Positions 1 to 10,242 of a stretch of 64,000 nt of DNA are shown one piece after another. The DNA comes from Pseudomonadota bacterium (lineage in GTDB: Bacteria > Bdellovibrionota > Bdellovibrionia > Bdellovibrionales > Bdellovibrionaceae). The DNA lies in assembly GCA_041178425.1 (NCBI GenBank), contig JBEGVH010000020.1, forward strand, positions 1 through 64,000, in the 5' to 3' direction. Positions within the stretch are counted from its first letter, which is position 1. The number at the start of each line of letters is the position of its first letter. The position numbers and the translations under genes were made by a program. The notes under the pieces were generated by a model. It worked only from the letters and a program-made list of their open reading frames with translations. It did not search any database and had not been told where the DNA came from.

Positions 1-1
1 T

Positions 2-610
2 TATGTTTGGGATTATCGAAAGTTTCTTGAGCTATTGAATCAACAAGAAAATTATAAAAATATTCCCTGGATTGCATTAGGCCATTCAATGGGAGGCCTC
101 ATCCAAACCCATGAACTGATCGAAAACACCAAAAGTCTTCCGTTTCGCGCTCAGATATTGAGCGCTCCTTTTCTCGGGATGCAGGTCGAAGTACCCCTCC
201 TTAAAGATGTTGCGGCACTGGCTGCGTTTCATATTTACCCAAAACTCACTCTTTGGAACGAACTTAAACCTGATCAATTCTCTAGAGATCAAAAGGTACT
301 TCAGGAATTTAATAAAGATCCGCTTCGACATGATAAAATTAGCCCGGGCGTTTATATTGGCAGCCTACAAGCTTTTGAATATGTTCACCGAAAGGCCCAA
401 GAATTAACACTACCCACTCTTCTTCAACTCGGAGGACGTGACAGTGTGGTTTCTAACGCCGACTCAGAGAAGTTTTTTTCTAACCTAGGGTCTCCTTTAA
501 AAAATAAAAAGATTTACGAAGATTCACTTCATGAGATCTACAATGATCTTGATAGAGAAAAATGTTTCAAAGATGTGCTCGAGTTTATTCGCCCTTTTTC
601 TAAGACCTAG
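2..610 (+). CDS. Alpha/beta hydrolase, lysophospholipase/monoglyceride lipase family (5'-partial)
   Basis: GHSMGG nucleophile elbow, later Asp (GGRDSVV) and His (HEIYND). The frame is open back to the window edge (YVWDYRKFLELL), so the true start lies upstream. Confidence 0.85.
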   Translation, partial: YVWDYRKFLELLNQQENYKNIPWIALGHSMGGLIQTHELIENTKSLPFRAQILSAPFLGMQVEVPLLKDVAALAAFHIYPKLTLWNELKPDQFSRDQKVLQEFNKDPLRHDKISPGVYIGSLQAFEYVHRKAQELTLPTLLQLGGRDSVVSNADSEKFFSNLGSPLKNKKIYEDSLHEIYNDLDREKCFKDVLEFIRPFSKT

Positions 611-839
611 ATTTTAGTGCCCGATCTCTTTAACAAGAGTGCTTAATGTTCGGGCGTTTAATACAAAAGACTTATTGCGTTTGCTCAATCAGGACGCAAG
701 ACCATATTTATCAAGCGATTTGTTTGTCTAGTTTTAGTAGGGTCCCCTACTTTAAGTGTGAAGGTTTTTTGACAGCATTTTAAAAATACAGCTAACCTGG
801 TTTCACCTGATCATGTTTTGCCACCAGGAAGGAAGCTGC

Positions 840-2321
840 ATGAAATCTAAGCGCCTACTATTAATTGAAGATGATTCAACCCTGAAGATGGCTCTATTTC
901 GAGCTCTTACTAGGTTGGGTCACTCAGTAACGACGGCATCATCCAAGGCAGAGGCAATGACTTGGATGAGCGGTCAAACACCATGGGATGCTATTTTACT
1001 TGATCTTCAACTCCCCGATGGAACAGGTCTAGACCTTTTATCACAGATTAAACAAAAATCAGTTGAGACTCCGGTCATTGTTCTCACCGGGCTCGGAACC
1101 GTTGACAATGCAGTGACTGCCACTCAAAACGGTGCCTTCCATTTCTTGGTGAAGCCGGCCAACCTAGACGAAATCGTTACAACATTAAATAGGGCATTCG
1201 AGAAGTCCTTGGCGCCAAACCCAAAACTTTCTCAAATTGAATCTCGCTCTCTTCCCAGACTCAACAATTCCGCTATCATCGGCGAAAGCCAAGAGATTCA
1301 ACACGTTTTAGATCTCGTTAACAGAGTTGCTGACAGTGACGCCACCATTCTTATTCAAGGCGAGAGCGGCACGGGAAAAGAGCTCATCGCAAGAGCGATT
1401 CACCAAATGTCACCAAGACGAACTTCGCCCTTTATCGCCATCAATTGTGGCGCTATTCCCTCAGAACTTCTCGAATCAGAACTCTTTGGTCATATGAAGG
1501 GAGCCTTCACTGGCGCTATTTCTAATCGCGTGGGACGTTTTGAAATGGCCGACGGCGGAATTCTTTTCTTAGACGAAATTGGAGATATGAGCCCCTCTCT
1601 GCAAGTAAAGATTCTTCGAGCATTACAAGAACGCAGTTTTGAGCCTGTAGGCAGTACAAAATCAGTTCATGTTAATGTTCAAGTTATTGCTGCCACCCAT
1701 GTGAACCTCGAAAAAGCTGTCAGTGAAGGAAAATTCCGAGAAGATCTCTTCTATCGTCTCAATGTTATTCCCGTTGCGGTTCCAGCTCTTCGCGAAAGAA
1801 AAACCGATATTCCCGTTTTGATTAAACACTTTGTAAAATCGTTTGAGAGAAAAAGAAAAGTTGGAATTGCTGACTTTTCTGCTGAAGCAATGGAAAGCCT
1901 CATCAATTATCCTTGGCCCGGAAACGTTCGAGAACTCGAAAATCTCATTGAGCGTTTAACCATCATCAAAGGAAGCGGAGTCATTGAGCTCAAAGATCTA
2001 CCCAGCAAATACCATGTGAAGCCTCCTACTCTCCCTGCAGAAACACAGAAAAATATCGAATTCGATATCCCGAACGATGGCTTGGATTTTAATACGGCTG
2101 TTGATCAATTTGAAAACCAACTCATTATTAGGGCTTTAGAAAAAACTGGTTGGAATCGCAATCAGGCCGCATTATTACTAAAACTGAATCGTACCACGCT
2201 CGTCGAAAAAATGAAGAAAAAGGGTCTTCGTCAACCAGATGAAGCGGTCTTCATGGCTGCCGAAGAAATTTCCTCGCCTTCCTTGACCGTTTATGAGAAT
2301 CCGCCTACGTTGGGGTTATAA
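840..2321 (+). CDS. Sigma54-dependent NtrC-family response regulator (REC-AAA+-Fis HTH)
   Basis: REC domain (LLIEDD, LLDLQLP), Walker A GESGTGKE, GAFTGA loop, Walker B FLDEIGD, C-terminal HTH. Start placed at ATG 840 (track gives 813). Confidence 0.93.
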   Translation: MKSKRLLLIEDDSTLKMALFRALTRLGHSVTTASSKAEAMTWMSGQTPWDAILLDLQLPDGTGLDLLSQIKQKSVETPVIVLTGLGTVDNAVTATQNGAFHFLVKPANLDEIVTTLNRAFEKSLAPNPKLSQIESRSLPRLNNSAIIGESQEIQHVLDLVNRVADSDATILIQGESGTGKELIARAIHQMSPRRTSPFIAINCGAIPSELLESELFGHMKGAFTGAISNRVGRFEMADGGILFLDEIGDMSPSLQVKILRALQERSFEPVGSTKSVHVNVQVIAATHVNLEKAVSEGKFREDLFYRLNVIPVAVPALRERKTDIPVLIKHFVKSFERKRKVGIADFSAEAMESLINYPWPGNVRELENLIERLTIIKGSGVIELKDLPSKYHVKPPTLPAETQKNIEFDIPNDGLDFNTAVDQFENQLIIRALEKTGWNRNQAALLLKLNRTTLVEKMKKKGLRQPDEAVFMAAEEISSPSLTVYENPPTLGL

Positions 2322-2344
2322 ACCCCTCAACGTAGGCCTGATTG

Positions 2345-3010
2345 ATGCACTCACGAATTCCCTTCTGGGCAAAACGCTATTTAAACGAAACCGATCTCAA
2401 AAATATCACTGCTTTAATTACTAGGGTCGAACAAAAAACTCAGGTAGAACTGGTTCCCTTGGTCGTGCGCTCATCGTTTGATCTTCGGTTGTACAGAGGA
2501 TTTCTTTTTGCTCTATCGCTTTCAATCTTTTTGCTTATTCACAACATCCTAAGCGCGATTGAGCTCTGGGAAAACCACCTGATACTAAATTTAATCGATT
2601 TACTCTTCTATCTTATAGTTTTTTCTATAACAATTTGGGGCCCTTCATTTTCACCTTTCTTGCGTTTCTTTTTCGGCACAAGCTCTTTGAGAGAAAAGGT
2701 CTTTCAAAGAGCTTGTTATGAATTTTTTGACAACCAACTACAACATACCAAAAGTCGCACGGCTGTCCTCTTTATGTATTCTGTTTACGAGAGAAAAGCC
2801 CACATATTACCTGACCCGTCACTCTCCCATTTTCCACAAGCGTTGTGGGACTCTGCAATGACTAGAATGATAACCTCTGCAAAAGGGGGCCATTTTTATG
2901 CGGGTTTTGCTGATGCAATTGAGTATGTGGCGGACGAGCTGGCAAAAACTCTCCCCCCTGGTGATGAAAATAGGAATGAAGTTCCCGATCACGTCATTAT
3001 CAAGGACTAA
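2345..3010 (+). CDS. TPM-domain membrane protein
   Basis: N-terminal 'I..VEQKTQVELV' pattern, two TM helices, 'TKSRTAVLFMYSVYERKAHILPD', C-terminal 'NEVPD'. Confidence 0.75.
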   Translation: MHSRIPFWAKRYLNETDLKNITALITRVEQKTQVELVPLVVRSSFDLRLYRGFLFALSLSIFLLIHNILSAIELWENHLILNLIDLLFYLIVFSITIWGPSFSPFLRFFFGTSSLREKVFQRACYEFFDNQLQHTKSRTAVLFMYSVYERKAHILPDPSLSHFPQALWDSAMTRMITSAKGGHFYAGFADAIEYVADELAKTLPPGDENRNEVPDHVIIKD

Positions 3011-3028
3011 TTTTTTTTGGCTGAGCCC

Positions 3029-5011
3029 TTACTGGGTCAACCAAACCTCCACTTTATCATTAGATTTTAAAATTGTGCCTTCCTGAGGTTCGAAGCGCAT
3101 GACTTTTCCCGAACCATGAAACCTCACTCTCAGCTCGCGATCACGGAGGTACTCTTGCACTTCTCTCACAGTGAGATTGCCGATATTAGGCATGGCCTCG
3201 CTTGATGGCGCTGTACTCATCGCCTCTTCTACTTGAATTTCAGTGTCTTTTATTTTCTCGTCTTCATTCTTCGTCACCAAGTTTGGCAACAGACCCATGG
3301 CTTGTTGCTCATTGAGCCATCGAGGGGCTATTCCCTCATGACGAACGGCATACGTTGCCACTCTCGAAAAAAGAGGGCCAGCAACCTGGGAGCCATAGTA
3401 TTGTTTTTTGGGAGAGTCCACGGCAACATAAATGACAAACTTTGGGTCGTTCGCAGGAATCATCCCAATAAAACTAGAAATGTAGCTTCCCGCCAAATAG
3501 CCTCGACCATGGGGATTCACCTTTTGGGCTGTTCCTGTTTTACCGGCAACAGGATAACCAGGAACACTTGCACTGTAACCAGTACCGCCTGGAACCATCA
3601 CTCCTGCTAACAATAGGCGAAGAGTTTGGGCTTCCGTCGTACTCAAAACACGCTCACCATCAGACTTTTCATGCCCCGACTTTGATAACCAAGGAATGTC
3701 CCACGTTTTGATTGGCATCGGTTGCTTTTTAGTGATGGTGGGGACTCTAAGGATTCCGCCGTTCGCGATCGCTGCATAGGCATTAGCAATTTGTAGCGGT
3801 GTGGCTGTCATGCCATGCCCAAACGACACATTACTTAAAAGGTGTTTGTTCCATTTACCTGACTGTACAATGCCTTTGGCTTCGCCAGGAAGATCTATTC
3901 CCGTTTTGCGACCAAAACCAAATTTACTGAGGCTTTCTTTAACCAAGTCCTCACCCAAAGAAAATGCCATTTTCGTGACACCAATATTTGAGCTAACCGC
4001 GAGAATTTCGCTAATGGTTAACCAACCAAAACGATGATGCGTGTCCGCTTCGCCAATCACTCGATTACCGATGCGAAATTCTCCTTTTTCACAATTGAAT
4101 TTTGTGTTCGGCTGCCAATTCTTTTTTTGTAGCCCTGCAGCGATGATAAATGTTTTCATCGTAGAGCCGGGCTCAAAGGCCTCGATAATAGGTCTATTTC
4201 GCCAGTTCTCTTGATCTAGTTTTTCTTCACCCATTGGAATACCGACACCATCCATCGCTAACACTTCACTTGTTTTAGCATCAAGAACAATACCAACAGC
4301 ACCCGCAGCACCTTGCTCTTCTACGGTTTGTTTTAACTCACGATGAAGAACATATTGAAGCTCTCTATCAATGGTCAGTTCGACATCACTTCCACTTTCC
4401 ATTTCTGTTACCAGTAAACCGTTAAAATGAAGCGGTCTCCCTCGAGCATCTCTGCGAACTTGAATTTTTCGAGGATCACTTCGAAGTGTACTATCGTATT
4501 GCTTCTCAATACCTTCTGCCCCTTTACCAGAACGACCTACAACACCAAGAATTGGCTTAAGAATATCCTCATCAGGGTAAACTCTCTTCGGCTCCTCAAT
4601 AAAACCTAAACCATGAATTTTAAGACCGTTGATTTTTTCCATTTTTTCAATTGTCAATTGTCGATCAAGCCAAACAAAGCGACGACGCTTATCCTTAGTG
4701 GCTGACAACATTTTTTTAGGATCCAAACCTAAAACCCGCTGAAGTTTTTTTGCCGCCTCTTTACGTTTTGGCCAAAGTTCCTGAGGGTCGGCAAAGAGAG
4801 AATAAGTAGGGGCTGAAATTGCCAACTCCACGCCATTGCGATCAAAGATAGAACCCCTTCGTCCGTCGACTTTCACGGTTGTTTCATACTGTTTGGATTC
4901 TAAACGTTCTAATTTTTGATGTGGAAAAACCTGAAGAATAAAAACTCTTACAAGCAATAAACTCCAAACTAAACAAAAACCCATAAAAATAAAAACGATT
5001 CTCGATTTCAC
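3029..5011 (-). CDS. ftsI: Class B PBP / cell-division transpeptidase FtsI with C-terminal PASTA domain
   Basis: RGSIFDRNG motif, SxxK (STMK), SxN (SSN), KTG; follows rsmH-ftsL. Confidence 0.92.
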   Translation of the reverse strand: MKSRIVFIFMGFCLVWSLLLVRVFILQVFPHQKLERLESKQYETTVKVDGRRGSIFDRNGVELAISAPTYSLFADPQELWPKRKEAAKKLQRVLGLDPKKMLSATKDKRRRFVWLDRQLTIEKMEKINGLKIHGLGFIEEPKRVYPDEDILKPILGVVGRSGKGAEGIEKQYDSTLRSDPRKIQVRRDARGRPLHFNGLLVTEMESGSDVELTIDRELQYVLHRELKQTVEEQGAAGAVGIVLDAKTSEVLAMDGVGIPMGEEKLDQENWRNRPIIEAFEPGSTMKTFIIAAGLQKKNWQPNTKFNCEKGEFRIGNRVIGEADTHHRFGWLTISEILAVSSNIGVTKMAFSLGEDLVKESLSKFGFGRKTGIDLPGEAKGIVQSGKWNKHLLSNVSFGHGMTATPLQIANAYAAIANGGILRVPTITKKQPMPIKTWDIPWLSKSGHEKSDGERVLSTTEAQTLRLLLAGVMVPGGTGYSASVPGYPVAGKTGTAQKVNPHGRGYLAGSYISSFIGMIPANDPKFVIYVAVDSPKKQYYGSQVAGPLFSRVATYAVRHEGIAPRWLNEQQAMGLLPNLVTKNEDEKIKDTEIQVEEAMSTAPSSEAMPNIGNLTVREVQEYLRDRELRVRFHGSGKVMRFEPQEGTILKSNDKVEVWLTQ

Positions 5012-5328
5012 AGTCCGACTCCAGCCATGGTGGCGGCGTTAAGGGGAGATCCATAGGTTGGTAAGTGAATAATTTGGTCAGATCCCGCTCTATTGAAATT
5101 AGCACGATTTTTTAATTCTTTTTCAATTTTTTGAGGACGAAGAGCTGTGAGCCTCTGAATTTCGAGGCTCCGACGGGATTCTATGGCTTTTTTAAGGTCA
5201 CGGTTTAACTTTAGAACTTCGTAGTTTTCTCGGCGTTCTTCCATCTGCAAAAACGCCACTGTAAAAAGAGTTCCAATCACTAAAATTAAACTAATTAAAC
5301 TCCTTATAGAACTTCTTGCGGTCTCCAC
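5008..5328 (-). CDS. ftsL: FtsL-like bitopic coiled-coil cell division protein
   Basis: Short TM helix plus heptad coiled coil, located between rsmH and ftsI. Confidence 0.7.
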   Translation of the reverse strand: METARSSIRSLISLILVIGTLFTVAFLQMEERRENYEVLKLNRDLKKAIESRRSLEIQRLTALRPQKIEKELKNRANFNRAGSDQIIHLPTYGSPLNAATMAGVGL

Positions 5329-6193
5329 TGGGTTTCCCTTTCTGGAAAATTCTTAACTTGGCACTCCTTGCCCGTGGATTTATTTTAACTTCTTCCTCGG
5401 TCGCTTGTATAACCTTTTTATTTACACAAAAACCGGAAGCGTCGCCTCTAAAAATTTGTTTCACGATTCGATCTTCTAGAGAATGAAATGTTATCACTGC
5501 CAGCCGCCCCCCATCCTTTAGTCCAGCCATGCATTGGCGAATCCCAAGATGTACTCCTTCAAGCTCAGTATTCACCGCCATCCTTAGCGCCATAAAAAAC
5601 TGGGTCGCAGGATGATGTCCTTTCACTTTCCAACCTTCCACGCGTTCAATCATTCCCGCCAACTGCTTTGTGGATTCCCATAGTTTTTCTTTTCGATCAT
5701 GAACGATGGCTCGGACCACCCGATAGGGCTTTCGAACTTCTCCCAACTCTTGAAAAATTCGAATAAGTTCTTCTTCGGAACTTTCATTTAAAATGTCAGC
5801 CGCTGTCGGCCCCTCAGACGAATTCATCCTCATGTCCAGAGGCCCATCATGATAAAAACTAAAACCGCGATGAGCTAAATCCAATTGAGGGGAACTCACG
5901 CCCAAATCAAGCAACATAAAATCAAACAATCCAAAATCTTCGGATTTTAAATCTCGGTAGTCACGATGAACAACGGTGAGCTTCCCTGTACTCAAGACGC
6001 TTGCAAATTTATCTTGTGCAAAAGCGATCGCGTCAGGATCTCTATCGAAAGCCACGGCTTTAGCATCGGGAAACCGATTCATGAGAGCCTCAAGATGGCC
6101 TCCACGCCCAAAGGTACCATCAAAGAGAAGATTTACGTTTAGCCCACTGGTGGCTTCGAGGATTTCATTTAACAATACAGGAATATGACTCAT
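5291..6193 (-). CDS. rsmH: 16S rRNA m4C1402 methyltransferase
   Basis: HIPVLLNE, DGTFGRGGH, DLGVSSPQLD, PLDMRM, FHSLEDRIVK and NPRARSAKLR motifs. Confidence 0.96.
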   Translation of the reverse strand: MSHIPVLLNEILEATSGLNVNLLFDGTFGRGGHLEALMNRFPDAKAVAFDRDPDAIAFAQDKFASVLSTGKLTVVHRDYRDLKSEDFGLFDFMLLDLGVSSPQLDLAHRGFSFYHDGPLDMRMNSSEGPTAADILNESSEEELIRIFQELGEVRKPYRVVRAIVHDRKEKLWESTKQLAGMIERVEGWKVKGHHPATQFFMALRMAVNTELEGVHLGIRQCMAGLKDGGRLAVITFHSLEDRIVKQIFRGDASGFCVNKKVIQATEEEVKINPRARSAKLRIFQKGKPSGDRKKFYKEFN

Positions 6194-6199
6194 GCCTTT

Positions 6200-6250
6200 C
6201 ACTTAAAGGGCTAAGTAATCCTTGGCAATCAATAAAAATCGAGTTCTAAT
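6200..6250. promoter_or_regulatory. Putative bidirectional sigma70 promoter with overlapping -35 boxes
   Basis: + strand: TTGGCA(6222)-N17-TCTAAT-N6-ATG(6257). - strand: TTGCCA(6228)-N17-TAAGTG-N6-ATG(6193). Confidence 0.45.
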
Positions 6251-6256
6251 TTGAAC

Positions 6257-7369
6257 ATGCTCGTAAAGTGTCCAAAATGTGGATTTGACCAACCCGAAGA
6301 TACTTATTGTGCCAAGTGCGGCATTGAAATGGGGAGCTTTAAGCCTACCAAGCCCCCCATTTGGTCGACGATTGTAAAAAGCCCAATTTTTTCAATTATC
6401 ATTTTTGTGGGTTTGGGCTACCTTGCTTTTCTCTATCTAAACAAGCCCACCCGCTTTCCGGAATCGACGTCAAAGCCCACGACAACCCGTCGATCCTCGG
6501 AGCAACCAAGCGGTCAAACAGGCGCATTTACTTCACTGCCATCTGACACGAGCTTAGCCAATGCCTCTGAAACAATGCCCTCTACCCCTCCTCAAGATGG
6601 ATCAGAGGCGGCAGCCCCATCAACAACTCTGTCTGAATCAAGCGCTTCGTTGGGAGAGCCACTCTCTGCCCCACCCTCTCCTACGACCATGAACACATCG
6701 AACACGATCCAGCCAAACTCCGAATCCACTTTTAAAAGTGAAGAGGGGCAAACTGATTCAAATGGCGACGTCCAAGCACGATCAACCAACACTGAATCCG
6801 CGAAGGGGCCCCTCGAAATTGATGTAAAGTTTGTTGAAGCCCCGAACTCACTGGTTCAACAATTCCTTGCAGAAGCTTCTGAAAATACCGGCGGTGACTC
6901 TGGCGAACTGAGTTATGCCGTTGTAAAAAATGGCCCTCGTTGGATGCGCCACAGGGGATTTGTTGAACTAGATCACCTTACCAAGAAAATTCCTGGTTTA
7001 AAAAAACAGATTCAATGGTTTAGCGGAGCGCAGAGCCCCGAATTGGGCTCCAATCTTGGATTAAATTTTCGAGTGATGGTACAGGAGCGCATAGGGGCTC
7101 ATATCATTGGTGAGATTATTATCTCGAGAACACTCGTTGAAATTCAAAATAGTGTACCGATAACAACAAGAAAAGATTTTACCACAAGATTTGAAACCGA
7201 TGTGGGATCCTTAATCGGGCTCGCAGGTGTCTTTCCTCATACGCCAATCCCTTCAGATGAGAAAGATTGGCTCCAAGGCTCTCTTCTCAAAGTTTATCTT
7301 TCGCCTCAATTTATTGAAAATGAATCTGAGCTCCTAATTCTTTTGCACTTCAAGAGTGACTCTCCTTAG
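6257..7369 (+). CDS. Hypothetical bitopic protein: N-terminal zinc ribbon, TM helix, S/T/P-rich linker, C-terminal domain
   Basis: CPKC...CAKC, hydrophobic stretch, low-complexity linker. Confidence 0.7.
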   Translation: MLVKCPKCGFDQPEDTYCAKCGIEMGSFKPTKPPIWSTIVKSPIFSIIIFVGLGYLAFLYLNKPTRFPESTSKPTTTRRSSEQPSGQTGAFTSLPSDTSLANASETMPSTPPQDGSEAAAPSTTLSESSASLGEPLSAPPSPTTMNTSNTIQPNSESTFKSEEGQTDSNGDVQARSTNTESAKGPLEIDVKFVEAPNSLVQQFLAEASENTGGDSGELSYAVVKNGPRWMRHRGFVELDHLTKKIPGLKKQIQWFSGAQSPELGSNLGLNFRVMVQERIGAHIIGEIIISRTLVEIQNSVPITTRKDFTTRFETDVGSLIGLAGVFPHTPIPSDEKDWLQGSLLKVYLSPQFIENESELLILLHFKSDSP

Positions 7370-7391
7370 TCCTCATGCTAGCCCTTTGCTC

Positions 7392-8186
7392 ATGACAATA
7401 AATTCTAATTATTTTCTTGATCATCACTACGGCAAGCAGGTTTTTCTTTTAAACGACTCCTTTCACACCTCCCTTTTGGCAAGAGTCTGTCATCCTGAAA
7501 CCTTCCAACCAACCATTAATCAAGCGGTTGAGATCCTCTATAAACAACTTTTAATTATTGCCGTGAATAATGAATTAGAGAAGGAGTCATTTTCTTCCCC
7601 GACGAGAATGACTCAGTCCCATCCGAATCAACCCCTCACTGGAGTTCGAATTAAACCCGAACAACGGGTGGTTTGTGTGGATCTAGCGAGAGCGGGCATC
7701 CTGCCCTCCCAAATTTGTTATGAACATCTCCACTGGCTCTTGAATCCGAATCTAATACGTCAAGATCATATCTTCGCATCCCGGTTGACTAATCAAAGTC
7801 ATTCGGTCATCGGCACTCAAATTGGGAGCCATAAAATTGGTGGCGACATCAAGGATTCATTTGTTTTATTTCCAGATCCCATGGGAGCGACCGGAACAAC
7901 CATTCTTGCGGCGATAGATTTTTATAAAAAGACTATTCCCGGTCCAGCGAAACGATTTTTAGCCCTTCACTTAATTGTTACTCCTGAGTATCTTAGAAAG
8001 GTGACAACCGCTCATCCCGACGTGATGATTTATGCCTTTCGACTCGATCGGGGTCTTTCATCGCAGAGGGCCTTACATTCTGAACTAGGTATGTTCTGGG
8101 ATGAAGAACGCGGTTTGAACGAAAATGACTACATCGTCCCCGGCGCTGGTGGTTTTGGCGAGATAATGAATAATTCGTTTGTGTGA
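7392..8186 (+). CDS. upp: Uracil phosphoribosyltransferase (atypical long form)
   Basis: LARAG, PRPP loop PDPMGATGTT, C-terminal LNENDYIVPGAGGFGE. Start uncertain (7356 or 7392). Confidence 0.82.
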   Translation: MTINSNYFLDHHYGKQVFLLNDSFHTSLLARVCHPETFQPTINQAVEILYKQLLIIAVNNELEKESFSSPTRMTQSHPNQPLTGVRIKPEQRVVCVDLARAGILPSQICYEHLHWLLNPNLIRQDHIFASRLTNQSHSVIGTQIGSHKIGGDIKDSFVLFPDPMGATGTTILAAIDFYKKTIPGPAKRFLALHLIVTPEYLRKVTTAHPDVMIYAFRLDRGLSSQRALHSELGMFWDEERGLNENDYIVPGAGGFGEIMNNSFV

Positions 8187-8198
8187 AAGGAACGAGCT

Positions 8199-8735
8199 AT
8201 GATGGGTATTAAGATTTCAAATATGATTTCGGATGCAGAGATTCAGAAACGTGTGTCTGAAATAGCTAAAGATATTACAAATCGCTTCAAAAAAGACGAC
8301 GCCCCCCTGGTAGTCATTGCCGTTTTGAAGGGCTCTTTTGTTTTTTATTCGGATCTGATTCGACACATTGAACTCGATTTTGGCTGTGAATTTCTCGGCG
8401 TTGCTTCTTATCACAACAGCACAAAGTCTAGTGGTGAAGTAAAGGTCACCTTAGACTTGGCGGCTCCCATTGAAGGAAAAAATGTTATCCTGGTCGAGGA
8501 TATTGTTGATACGGGTCTTACCATGCAATACCTCCAGTCATACTTAAAATCTCGGAGTCCAAAATCGGTCACAACCGTCACTCTTCTTCATAAACCCGAA
8601 GCCACTCAAGTCAAATGTTCACTCGACCATGTGGGTTTCGAAATCAGCAATGAATTCGTTGTTGGCTATGGCTTAGACTATCAAGGTTACTTCCGAAATC
8701 TTCCGTACATTGGAAAGATCGAAAATTTAAACTAG
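8199..8735 (+). CDS. hpt: Hypoxanthine phosphoribosyltransferase
   Basis: VLKGS, VEDIVDTGLT, FVVGYGLDY, RNLPYI motifs. Confidence 0.96.
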   Translation: MMGIKISNMISDAEIQKRVSEIAKDITNRFKKDDAPLVVIAVLKGSFVFYSDLIRHIELDFGCEFLGVASYHNSTKSSGEVKVTLDLAAPIEGKNVILVEDIVDTGLTMQYLQSYLKSRSPKSVTTVTLLHKPEATQVKCSLDHVGFEISNEFVVGYGLDYQGYFRNLPYIGKIENLN

Positions 8736-8757
8736 GGCGAGAGAATTCGCCCCCCAA

Positions 8758-10086
8758 TTAATTTTCAGAGAGATTAGAGGAGTGATGACTATCCATAGCA
8801 CGGGCTGTGGATAGTATAACTTCGTCTTTAAAGTATTTTTTGATCAAACGCTGAGCTAAATACGATGACTTTACTTTCCAGGTTGTTTTGTTCACCGTAA
8901 CAATAGAGATTGCTAGCATTCTCGTGCCCAAACGCCCATATCCAACAAACCAATCTGTTTTACCTTTTGGATTAGTGCCGTTTAAAGACCCCGTTTTTCC
9001 ACCAGCCTCCACAATAGAAAACTTTTTGGCTTTCGTGAGTTCTTTAAAAGCCTTCCTCGAAGTTCCTCGTTCGATGGTTTGATTCATGAGGTCTCGCAAC
9101 TTTTCGGCCGTAGCTAAGGTAATAGGATTTTCTAGGGTAAAGGGAGCTGCTTTATAAACTGCACTTCCATTGGGTCGCATGAGCGTTTCAACCATGTAGG
9201 GAGATTGCATAACCCCGTCGTTCACAATAGCAGAGGCAATCACAGCACCATGCACAGGACTCAGGGTGTTGAGTGAATTAAACCCAGAGGCCACCTCAGC
9301 CACATGAAATGGTTCCTTCGACAACAGAACAGCTTTTCCCGCTTCGAACGGAATATCTCCTGCTAGATCTTTATTAAAATAAAACTTTTGGGCATAGCTC
9401 ATCAAATCATCCGCATGCATGAACTTGAGGGTCAGTTTTCCAAAAAAGATATTAATCGAACGCGCAAAAGCATCTCTGAAAGAAATTAAACGTGCCCACT
9501 TTTGATTTTCGTTAAACAAGTCACGTTTATAAAGCTTGTAATTACCACCAGTGTAACCCAGCTCCATATCGGGAGAGACGTTATACTTTTCTATGGCCGC
9601 TGAGGCCGTAACTATTTTAAAGATACTCGCCGCCGGAAAACTCGCTTTCATCGCCCAATTCTCCACAGACGGAGAACCATTTTCGTAGCTGGCCATCGCC
9701 AAAATTTTTCCAGTAGCCGGATCCATAGCAACAACAGAGGAGTAATCAGAAGCATATTGTCGCAAGAGTGTGTCGAGCTCCTTTTGAAGCTCATAATCGA
9801 AAGTATAAGTCACCTTCACCTGCTCATTGATTCCTAAAAGGGATATCCCAACCTCAGAAACAAAATTATTTTTAAGTACAAAGGGGGCTAAATATTGTTC
9901 AACAAGTCGGCGATGATCTCTTTCGGTAAATTGAACAGAGTCTGATCGATCTATCGTTGGTTCGAGAAGCCCTTTGTCATAGAAGGTAGCATTAATTCCA
10001 AACACACCAATAATCGCCAAAAGCAAAAAAGAAAAACTTAACCGAGTCCATTTAGGACGAAAAACTTTTGCGGCGATTGCTCTCAT
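8758..10086 (-). CDS. Penicillin-binding transpeptidase-domain protein (short class B-like)
   Basis: N-terminal TM, MDPATGKILAMAS, SxxK (SIFK), SxN (SIN), KTG, WFVGY. Confidence 0.88.
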   Translation of the reverse strand: MRAIAAKVFRPKWTRLSFSFLLLAIIGVFGINATFYDKGLLEPTIDRSDSVQFTERDHRRLVEQYLAPFVLKNNFVSEVGISLLGINEQVKVTYTFDYELQKELDTLLRQYASDYSSVVAMDPATGKILAMASYENGSPSVENWAMKASFPAASIFKIVTASAAIEKYNVSPDMELGYTGGNYKLYKRDLFNENQKWARLISFRDAFARSINIFFGKLTLKFMHADDLMSYAQKFYFNKDLAGDIPFEAGKAVLLSKEPFHVAEVASGFNSLNTLSPVHGAVIASAIVNDGVMQSPYMVETLMRPNGSAVYKAAPFTLENPITLATAEKLRDLMNQTIERGTSRKAFKELTKAKKFSIVEAGGKTGSLNGTNPKGKTDWFVGYGRLGTRMLAISIVTVNKTTWKVKSSYLAQRLIKKYFKDEVILSTARAMDSHHSSNLSEN

Positions 10087-10226
10087 ATCAATAGTTTACC
10101 TTTATAGTTAATTTAGCGCCAACAACTTGGACGACTAAAGTCAAAGCCTGTACCAAAGTAATACGTCCCCACGGGGCAGAGGACTCCCGAAAAATTATTG
10201 TCTCAAACGGAACAAAGGCCGTTTTG

Positions 10227-10242
10227 AGCACATTTGGTGCCA
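10227..10242 (-). promoter_or_regulatory. Candidate sigma54 -24/-12 promoter upstream of the PBP gene
   Basis: Minus strand TGGCAC-CAAAT-GTGCT (GG-N10-GC). Confidence 0.45.
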
